Shown here piece after piece: positions 54,407 to 64,000 of a DNA stretch of 64,000 bases (its first letter is position 1; each line of letters begins with the position of its first letter). Under the pieces are notes generated by a model that saw nothing but the letters and a program-made list of their open reading frames with translations, had not been told where the DNA came from and did no database searches. This stretch comes from Girardia tigrina (Eukaryota): assembly GCA_001938485.1 (NCBI GenBank), contig MQRK01254807.1, positions 1 to 64,000 of the forward strand, given 5' to 3'. The translations under genes and the position numbers were made by a program.

Positions 54407-54583
54407 GTTGGACCTAATCTTGATAGTGGAAAGGGGTATGGGATTGCTACGCCTCCTGGATCAAGTTTACGAGAACGGATTAACTTAGCAGTCTTAGAAC
54501 TGAAAGAAAAAAATAAAATCCCAGAATTTTATGAATTTTGGTGGAAAAATAAAAGCGAATGTTTAAATACAATGAAAGCGGAA
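54407..54583 (+). CDS. AMPA-type glutamate receptor, exon 12 (S2 end)
   Basis: VGPNLDSGKGYGIATPPGSSLRERINLAVLELKE...WWKNKSEC. Confidence 0.95.
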
Positions 54584-54634
54584 GTTGGCGAAACTTGTTG
54601 ATTATTCCATATAAATGTTACCTTTGTTTTCCAG

Positions 54635-54775
54635 AGTGACATAACGCAAACCTCAGTCAAGTTAAAAGACATTCGAGGATTATTTTACTTACTAACTGGG
54701 GGATTGGCACTTGGACTGATGTTGTCAGTTTTCGAATTGTTTTACAAATGTCTTTTGGAAGCCAGAAGAAAAAAT
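54635..54775 (+). CDS. AMPA-type glutamate receptor, exon 13 (M4)
   Basis: 51 bp intron; IRGLFYLLTGGLALGLMLSVFELFYK. Confidence 0.93.
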
Positions 54776-54830
54776 GTAAGCAACATTATTCTCTAATGTA
54801 AAAAGAAAGATGACATAAAATATTTTGTAG

Positions 54831-54965
54831 AAACGCTTTTGGTCTGTTTTCAAAATAATGATGCATCATTCAGTTGAAAAAAATCAAATGAACTCTGAGA
54901 TTATCGAACCTTGTGTTCCTTTAAGGGAAGAAGAAATTAAACCCAAAGTCGAATATTCGTTTTAG
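54831..54965 (+). CDS. AMPA-type glutamate receptor, exon 14 (C-tail)
   Basis: 55 bp intron; KRFWSVF...KVEYSF-TAG; AATAAA at about 55073. Confidence 0.85.
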   Translation, partial: KRFWSVFKIMMHHSVEKNQMNSEIIEPCVPLREEEIKPKVEYSF

Positions 54966-56229
54966 TTGTGATAGACAGAAATTTTATTTGCGTTTTTTTT
55001 AGTTTGGCCAATATTCCTCAACAGACTGCTGTTATTTGTACTTATTCATCTAAACCTGTTCTATGTATATGAAATAAAATATGTGATGTCTTCATTTTAA
55101 TTCCCCTTTTGTGATATGTTGTAGATTGACTTTTCTGTCTGACTTTTATCAAACGCTTTGATCGCCATTATGTTTTTATAGTTTTTTTATTATTCTCGTA
55201 TCATATGTTGAGAAAAATAACTTCATTTCCTGGTGTCATAAATCGATATAATTTATACCTTTGTTGTATATAACAATTTTAATGTAACTGATGTATATAG
55301 CGATCATTTTACGAAGTAAGGTTGCTTGATACATGTTGGGTTCGAGGTCAAGATTAGTATTCATAACTCCAAATATTTATTTCTATGAAAATTAACGATT
55401 TTCCAAACAAATTAACGAAGAACAATAGTTTCTTATTTTGACCAAAAACCAAACATCAAAATTTTAATATAAATATAAATACATTAATTTCAGTTTTAAT
55501 TATAAATATTTATACGTCAATTATAAAATTTTTAATGGTAAGTAGGAGGAATATATTTGAATGGAGCCTATTGCATTTTAGTTTGGTATGTTGTTTTAGG
55601 ATTGTGTTTCTCCCACCCAGATGGAAGATTGATATTTTGAATATTTTAAAACGTCCGATTGTTTAGTCAATTTTAAAATTGAAAAAGCCAACTTTAAAAT
55701 GAAATTTATATATCAAAAACAATATATGAAAAATATTTTTCTTAAAATAAATAAAAAATATTTTGTAATTGAATTGTAAATTAAATTGTAATTTAAATTT
55801 GTTTGAATAATAATACGTTTAGAAATATTATTAAACATTTATCAATCAAGAACGATGACGAGCTACGCAAGTTTAATGTAGAATTGTCCTAGTGGAAATT
55901 CAAATTGTGATATAAATAAATGTATTGAAAATTCAATTAGTGTACTAATTTTTTTCTTTCTTTATTTTTTTAAATCAACTGTTTCAAAAATTCATTATTT
56001 AGCAGATAATTATTTAAAAATTTCCCTAGAGTTTTTATTTTTTTTAAATTTTTTTAAAAAATTAACTATTGCAAATAAAATTTCATTAACTTATTTCTGA
56101 AAATTACTTTTAAAATTAATTAGAGATATTTTTAATAATAATTATTTTCAAGAACTTTTGATTTTAAATAATTGCTAACTTTAAATATTCAAAAATCTAT
56201 CAGTTCGCCAAATCCTCACAATATATATA

Positions 56230-56525
56230 ATTATTAGATTATTGCCGAATCATTGTTAATAAATCATCATAAACCATGCTTAAACGTGCAAGGTGATTCA
56301 TCTAATCATATTAAAGTTTTTAAAATATCTTTAAAATACTTTTTTTAATGAAAAAAGCATGTTTTTGAGATGTATGATGTAATAGTTGTTCAACTATATA
56401 AATAATAATTAATCACTTTATTTCATTGCACTGAAGATGCCGAAATGGTGAAACGCGTATGTATTGTGAATAAATTTAATATTAAAAAATGGTCTTTCTT
56501 TTCATTATTATTAAAAATGCCATTA
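56230..56525 (+). mobile_element. Penelope-like 3' end next to a (TA)n tract
   Basis: AESLLINHHKPCLNVQG GIY-YIG C-terminal signature followed by a hammerhead motif. Confidence 0.7.
56419..56472 (+). ncRNA. Minimal type I hammerhead ribozyme motif
   Basis: cauUGCA-CUGAAGA-U-GCC-gaaau-GGU-GAAA-CGCG-UA-UGUAuug. Confidence 0.75.
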
Positions 56526-56575
56526 NNNNNNNNNNNNNNNNNNNNNNNNNNNNNNNNNNNNNNNNNNNNNNNNNN

Positions 56576-56618
<43 letters not shown>

Positions 56619-56799
56619 GAAACACGACTTGTATTAATATAGATAATGATTCATCATTAAAAAAGCACAGTTGTACCTTTAATCAAGTCCGCTACCTTCA
56701 GCTTATACAGGGAAGAGTAAATTTTAAACTGCTTACCCTATAAAAACATAGAGTCAAAATATATAATGTTATCTCCCTGGCAAAACTATTATTCTCATA

Positions 56800-58500
56800 A
56801 CTTTCTCCGCATAAATTGTTACATGACACTTTATTATTCACATTTTATCACTTAGTCACTTTTTACAATGGAAACTTGACACGTTAAACCTTTATCACTT
56901 AGGCATAATATCACTTGGAAATTTATCCTTTTAATAAAAAAGGAAATTTATTATTATTTAAAAAAATGAATTATTATATGTAAAGATTGAAAAACTGAAT
57001 TTTTCTAAACATTGAAATACTTAAAACAACAAAAAATGATTTATTAATAAAATTAAAGAACAATAATATTTATCAAATATGTATTTAAAAATCGAATGTT
57101 TGGCAAATACACAATACAGTAGATTATAACTCCACCGGAATTCCAAAGTTCAATAGCCATTTTTACTCTTTCATCAAAATTCTGTATTTTCTTGACTTAG
57201 AAAACACCAAAGTAAAGGTTTCCCGAAGAAAATTGCTTTTGAATTTTTCGTCCTCAATTTGCAGTATAAATTTCCACAATGTTGAACCACGACAATCAAA
57301 CGATTCATTATGATTTCATTACACTGCATTTATGGCCGTGTAACACCATCTACTACAACTTTATACAGATTCTATATTTGAAATGAAAATTTTGTTAACA
57401 TATAAATATCACAACGTCCTAGTCGTTTATAGCCCATTATGTAAGAACGCTCAAAATAAAATTATAGTTTTATCAATTTTTCATGTTTAGGATCACTGTA
57501 CTTGACTGGAGAAATTGACTGGAGAAATTGACTGGAGAAATATTGACAAGTAAAGATAGGCAATGAATAGTCATTCTCAACATTTCATTTGTTTCATAAG
57601 CTATTTTCAGTCCAAGATCTTGTTCCATGTGAACAACATTTAAACAGAGATAAAATTAACATCCTTGAATTTGAAAGATCAGTCACTTTTTTGACACAAT
57701 TTCAAAATAAACAAGAATATGTTCATGTTGAAGCACGTGGAATCTTTGATTTTAATAAATTTGAAATTTTAGCCCACATTATTTAAATTTGGTCAGTATG
57801 AGACAATAAATTTTAGATGGATTAATTCCCAATGTGAGTTCAAAAGGAATTCCGTAAAACTGAAAACAAATTGTGGGGTCGACTTTAAAAGAACCATTCT
57901 CAAGCCACAAATTCGATCTCTTCAATTTATTTAATATTTTAAGCGATTCTAAAACTATCAGGCAATCTTTTCTAGGTCCTGAATCATAACGAACACTATT
58001 TTTTCAACAATCAGGAATTCAAACCCGGTCTTATTTCAGGTTAATTTGCCTGTTTGTTCTTGTTAAATTTTTAAGCGAATTCATTTTAGGCAATGTTAAT
58101 AATACACTTGCTCTTGGTTATTTACTTGCAAAGATTATAAGGTTAGTGGTAGTAGCTGGAAAATCTAAGATTTTGCTTTTCAAGTTTTTAACAGCATTTT
58201 TGCGAAAATATTCTCTTTGTAGTTCCAAAGGTATGATCCGCATCCACAGCACAAATTACATTAACAATATATTTATTAGAACTTGCTGCAAACTTCAATA
58301 ATTCATGTATCAATTGTATTTTTACTAATCTGGTCGCTACATTACTCGATCAAAAAATATATAGTTTCCTATACAGGTTACCCGTATTTAAATTTTTATA
58401 TTCTATCACCGAAATGCCCCAATGACCCTTCCTTGCTCGGTCAATTTATAAGACAAATGAATAAAATTTACTTTGTAATATAGTTTCAAATAAGATTTAG
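56800..58500 (-). mobile_element. Heavily degenerate MULE remnant
   Basis: tatcactt subterminal repeats; WLENGSFKVDP (DGTFK-like) and STLWKFILQI remnants. Confidence 0.55.
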
Positions 58501-59034
58501 CGAATATAAAAAAAGAAGTATTATCATATTTATTATTTTTGTAAGCAAAAAGTATATTAAAGAATTTAGGCAATTAAAAAATTGAAGTAATTATTTAACG
58601 ATCAACTTAACACCAACAACGTTTTATCCTTTCATATATGAGACCACTCTGTTCTCCATCTACCATTAATTTCTATTTTGTTCTTAAATAGATCCTCCAT
58701 CACTCTTATAATTCCACACCATATAAACTATTCTCTTTTCATTTAAGCCGTAACAGTTAGTTTCGTTGTATAATATTAATTTTTAATAATCATTTGTAAT
58801 TGAATAATTTTTTATTCTTTTAGCTCTCTATTTTGAGCTTTTCAACGAAAAATAAACAATAAATAGTAAGTAACATTAATATAATAATTAACTAATGTTG
58901 ACAATTATCACATTTAATAATCAAAGGGAGTCTTTGTTCATTTATTTATTCAACATAATAAAATAATCATAACATAATAGTTAATTGAGTTTTTATAGTA
59001 ACACCATAATAATTAATACTTTAAATATACATAT

Positions 59035-59041
<7 letters not shown>

Positions 59042-59083
<42 letters not shown>
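59042..59083. repeat. (TA)n microsatellite (others at about 42880, 44575-44660, 56525-56615, 59324-59356)
   Basis: Direct reading. Confidence 0.95.
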
Positions 59084-59085
<2 letters not shown>

Positions 59086-59108
59086 TTTAAGTAACCATTT
59101 ACTCTTTC

Positions 59109-59158
59109 ACAATGCACAACATGTTTCGTTCTTATCAGAACATCATCAGGTGGATCGT
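59109..59158 (-). ncRNA. Minimal type I hammerhead ribozyme motif, apparently intact
   Basis: ACGAUCCAC-CUGAUGA-U-GUUCU-gaua-AGAAC-GAAA-CAUG-UU-GUGCAUUGU; helix I pairs 8 of 9, helix II 5 of 5. Confidence 0.85.
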
Positions 59159-59320
59159 TCATTGAAAGAACAGATTTATAAAATTAGCAAAATTAAACCA
59201 AAAACGAATCTGCATCAATCAAAATTCTGATTGGATAATATATTAAAATTATTTTATCAATATATTTTAAAAATATATTGAAAACTCTAAAAATATTTAT
59301 TTTAAGATACTAATATTTTA

Positions 59321-59360
<40 letters not shown>

Positions 59361-60499
59361 AATTTTTATGTAATATACTTTTAAAATTATATTTCATGAA
59401 AACTACAATAAGATCATCCCAAATCGCGATCAGATCATTCCGAAAATAACAAACGTCGTCCATATATTTTCAGCAGATCTGATAAAAGGCAGTCCCAATT
59501 TGTCTATTTGTCCCCATAAACATGAATTAATAAATTGTAATCTATCTGTTCGACTTTGCCAAACAAATAACTACGTTGCCATTAATACTTATCGTTGTGG
59601 ATATAACTGATTAATTGATGGATTGTCTTTAAACCCTCTAGCATTAAGAAATTTATACAAAAGAAGCTTTCAAATTGTCATATTCCAAAAAATATTTATT
59701 ATTCAAATGAGTACTATGAGGCAAATATAATTGAGCTGGAAATAATTTTCAAATTTCTTTATAAAAATATTAGTGTTTGGACAAGCTATGCACATCATAA
59801 CCCCTCAGGGATGCATTTCCTGATGAAGAGCCAGGCTCAACATAACCTCTAAAGGTATTAAACTAAATAAAATCAACACAATAATTCTTTATTTATACAG
59901 ACCCACAATTTTTACAATGTTCTTGCCAAACTTTGAATACAATAATATGAATATTCTGAAATTAATAAATAAAATCAGAAGGAAAATTTTAACAAATTTT
60001 AATGATTAATATATTAGGGGTAATGGAATTTTAATTCTAAGGTTAATTTAGTTTAGTCAGCAATAAATCTTCCATCCCTTCATATTTTGGTATCCATTAT
60101 AAATTAAGATTATTCCTTTGGATTCGATTTACCATCTTACATTGTTCATCAAATTGAAAACTTGCAATTACAAATATTAAGAATATTTCATCAAAATTCT
60201 TTGAATGGTTTTCGGGTTCATCTCAACAATTGTTTCAAAGTTTTGGGAATTCATGTACAACTCTTTAAACAAAGTATGAGATAAGATTAGAGAAAATTAC
60301 AAAGAAAACCTTTTTACGTAAATTCTCTACTTTCTCGTAATATTTCTTTACCTAAAATATCCTTTAATACTTTGAAAACGTGGAAAGTTCTTTTTGCGTT
60401 ATGATCTGGGTCTGATGATGTTAGAGTGAGAGATGTTATCACTTTTTACTTCACATTGTATTACCTGTATTACCTTGTATTACCTTCATCCTTAATTAT

Positions 60500-62360
60500 G
60501 GTGTCAGGATAAAATTACACAAGAAAAAATACACGGGAAAGTTTTTTTTAATACAAATCTATTTAAAATTAGTTCTCAACAATTTCTATTTTTCACCGTT
60601 CTTGCAATTTTTATCTATGTTTAATGTTATCCTGACACCTGGTTACAGTTCTACGAAAATTTCACTTCAGTCAGTCTGTCAATGTTCCCATCCAACTGTT
60701 TGGAAATTTTTGGATAGTGTTGCTAAAGAATTATCTTTACAACACACAAAATATCTGCAATATATAAGCGGTCAACGAGCCCATGACCATGTTATGTATT
60801 TCAAAAATACGTATTTCAAACATCGTATTGAGCTAAAATTCTAATAAAAGCTCATTCGTATTAGAGTTTTTTGAACCATTGTAATCTGTAGCTGTCATAA
60901 AAATAAATTATTTATTTTTAATTTTGCTTATTACTTTTATTAAGAGCTTATTTCACTTTATTAAAAAAATTTTCTATTGACTGTGATTTTGGAGTAAAAA
61001 AGTTTGCATGTTAAAAGGTCCAATATATTTTTACACCAAATAATTTAGTATATTTTAAATATAAGTAAAAAGATTTGTTTTATCAGCGTGTTAAATACAT
61101 TAGAGTTGACGAAAATGTGTGATAATTGTTTTATTTTCTAACTATTAAATTACTTATTACCTATTAATGTTTTTTCCAAGTAAAGTCTAATTTTCATCTT
61201 TATGTTTCATTCCTTTGCAATTTAATTCATTTGTCTTTATTTGCTGTGTTATTTTTCTTCGTATTTTTAAGCACTTTTTTAAGCACTTTTCATATACCTT
61301 CACTGTATTTCATCTTGTCAAGAATGGGCCATTTACTTTTGCCTATATCTCAGCATTTAGACCACATAGAAACTTCAAANNNNNNNNNNNNNNNNNNNNN
61401 NNNNNNNNNNNNNNNNNNNNNNNNNNNNNNNNNNNNNNNNNNNNNNNNNNNNNNNNNNNNNNNNNNNNNNNNNNNNNNNNNNNNNNNNNNNNNNNNNNNN
61501 NNNNNNNNNNNNNNNNNNNNNNNNNNNNNNNNNNNNNNNNNNNNNNNNNNNNNNNNNNNNNNNNNNNNNNNNNNNNNNNNNNNNNNNNNNNNNNNNNNNN
61601 NNNNNNNNNNNNNNNNNNNNNNNNNNNNNNNNNNNNNNNNNNNNNNNNNNNNNNNNNNNNNNNNNNNNNNNNNNNNNNNNNNNNNNNNNNNNNNNNNNNN
61701 NNNNNNNNNNNNNNNNNNNNNNNNNNNNNNNNNNNNNNNNNNNNNNNNNNNNNNNNNNNNNNNNNNNNNNNNNNNNNNNNNNNNNNNNNNNNNNNNNNNN
61801 NNNNNNNNNNNNNNNNNNNNNNNNNNNNNNNNNNNNNNNNNNNNNNNNNNNNNNNNNNNNNNNNNNNNTCGTTTCAACCCAAACTTTCTCGTTAAGAAAA
61901 ATAAGCATATAATAATACACGAATTTATAAATAAAAGCTAGAAAATGATCAGAAATTCCTCTTTATCATTTCAATTCAAATTTCAAAAAAAAAATTAAAA
62001 AAAATAAAAAAAAATTCTTTAAAATAAAAAAAATCAATGATTTTAAAAATTCTTTAAAATAAAAAAAAATCAATGATTTGAGCCGCACTTTTCTTCGTTC
62101 GTGGTGTCATTTTCTTGGAATAATTGAAAACTGAGGGTACACTAAAATTGTCTTTTCTGACCCAGAGAAGTTATTTTGTCCTTTTGAGTGCATTATGAAA
62201 AGTGCTTAGTATTTTTTTTAAAATTCTGTTATTTTTAGTAAAATTTTCATGTTTATATTTCATTCTTTTGTAAATTTTTACTATATGAATTTTTTTCCTT
62301 AATATATTCTGTGTAATTTTTCCCGTGTAATTTTTTCTTCTGTAATTTTATCATGTAACC
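60500..62360 (+). mobile_element. MULE-like non-autonomous element
   Basis: TIRs gataaaattaca..gaaaaaat.cacgggaaa and its reverse complement; flanks cttaattat / attaattac; remnant SHPTVWKFLDSV; large N gap. Confidence 0.75.
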
Positions 62361-62595
62361 ATTAATTACTATTCCTACAGAATAGATTCCTTCTGTCAGA
62401 GAACTGCATGCAAATTTACGTTCTGTAAACATTTTTTTCTGATAACTGATAAGACATCCAAGTCTTACATTTATATTATTAATTTATTCGATTGTGACAC
62501 TCAAAAGTTGACCACATTTATCCGTATCTTCAAAGTTGCAATTTTAGTTCTTTAATTCAGGGAAACATTTACGAATAGTGTTCTCTTCAACTGTA

Positions 62596-63220
62596 AGTAG
62601 CGTTTATGCCACTTTCATTATTATCACATTCTGAAGTCATAATTTAACACCACAAAAATTTATTAATATCAACAATTCACATACTTAAACTAATTCAATT
62701 ATTTCGCCCAAAATTAATTTACAATTCTTTTTGATTAAATTCTGAAAATTTACGAAAATTAAACCTTAAAAATAATTTTACATATTTTGCAAAAAAATTT
62801 ACAAATTCAAAACCTGAAATAATTTTACATTTTTTTACAAAAATAATTTACAAAATCTTTACCTTAAAATAATTTTGCATTTCTTTACAAAAAATTTTAC
62901 AAAATTTAAAATGTAAAATACTTTTACATTCTTACGAAACTTTATCATAAAAACTAATTAATTTAAATTTACAATAAGCCCTTTTATTAAAAAAATTATT
63001 TCTAAAAATATTAATCCGTTAATTATTTATTTTAAACTTTATTTAAACTTATTCCACTTATAAAATATATTAATTGTTATTAATGTAAACATATTTTAAA
63101 AATGTATTTATTTTATCATATTTTTACTCTGCATTTTTATTTTCTAATTTATTTCCTTTAAATTTTCAAAACTAAAAAAAACAATAAACTATTTTGGCGA
63201 AACTTAAAACTAACCCCTCA
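62596..63220 (+). repeat. Asymmetric-ended AT-rich repeat family copy
   Basis: TA|AGTAGCGTTTATGCCAC...AACTAACCCCTCA|TA; closely matches 48218-48683, with an internal expansion. Confidence 0.75.
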
Positions 63221-64000
63221 TATCAACAACATAAGAACATAAGCTTTGTAAAATGTGCTTTTTGATTCCTTTTTGTTCTTTTAGTAATAATTTTGTAACA
63301 TTTTCCTTTTTATTAACAAAATTTATATATTTATTAAGATAGAGAAAGAAACGTGATAATTTTAAGCGAAATAACAATTCGATTTTAAAGATTATAATGA
63401 AAAGATGAAAATGATAATATATATAATATAAGCAAATATAAGCAAAATTACGATTTGAGTGAACATATTTGTTTACAACACAAACAAAATCATTTTCGTT
63501 AGGACTTTCTACGGGAAGCATCGTTCTTGATTAATATGTTTTTTGTATCTATATTCAAACCTTTGATTAATGAATGAGATTTTATTAATATTAACTTTTA
63601 ATTTCTCAAAATTTTATTAGATAAAAATGCATTGATTAAATTTTAAAATAAACATTAGTTTAATTATTATATTAAATTTAATAAGTTAAATCGTTTACTA
63701 AAATATTATTAAAATTATAATTACAAAACTTTAAATTAATTAATATTTAAACAATAATCTCATTAGATTTAAATAATTAATCAGTAACATGTCAATCCCA
63801 TCTAAGTATGAGAGTCACAAATCTAAACAGCAAACAAACAACAAACTTACAACATTTCGAATTTTCCCTCACAGCGAACAAATTGATACATTTATGACGT
63901 TTCAACTTTCAGAAATAATTGACGTCAAATAATGTTTAAATCGGTTAAAGTTTGAATATAAATAAAAATTATTGTGTGGAGTCTTTAACACCATAATCCT

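Noticed and set aside
54407-54583. Flip/flop-like mutually exclusive exon
   Set aside because: The segment is one continuous exon, and I saw no duplicate in the adjacent introns.
61215-61941. Long ORFs spanning N runs (also at 32051-32593 and 26695-27159)
   Set aside because: Open only because of assembly gaps.

Overview
This is eukaryotic, very AT-rich genomic DNA with several N gaps. An embedded 18S rRNA fragment, 40-55 bp mini-introns and the mariner content point to a triclad flatworm (planarian); this is inference, not a database result. There are two host genes, both on the + strand. The first is the last three coding exons of pyruvate dehydrogenase E1-alpha (149-14073, with a 13.2 kb intron). 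The second is a complete 14-exon AMPA-type ionotropic glutamate receptor (23374-54965, about 912 aa), which I reconstructed exon by exon with consistent GT-AG phases. Long introns and intergenic DNA are filled with decayed, often nested mobile elements: mariners of three subfamilies, a DD41D-like element, a GC-rich DD35D pogo, MULEs, Ty3/gypsy remnants, a solo LTR, an RTE LINE, an R2/NeSL-type fragment, piggyBac- and Merlin-type MITEs, and Penelope 3' ends. The most notable observations are: (1) a set of minimal hammerhead ribozyme motifs, two of them apparently intact and next to (TA)n tracts; (2) a ~400 bp 18S rRNA piece inserted cleanly into the catalytic DGT|F motif of a MULE transposase; (3) several multi-level insertions whose removal restores the host element; and (4) a candidate furin propeptide on the glutamate receptor. 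Element boundaries lacking a clear TIR or TSD are approximate.
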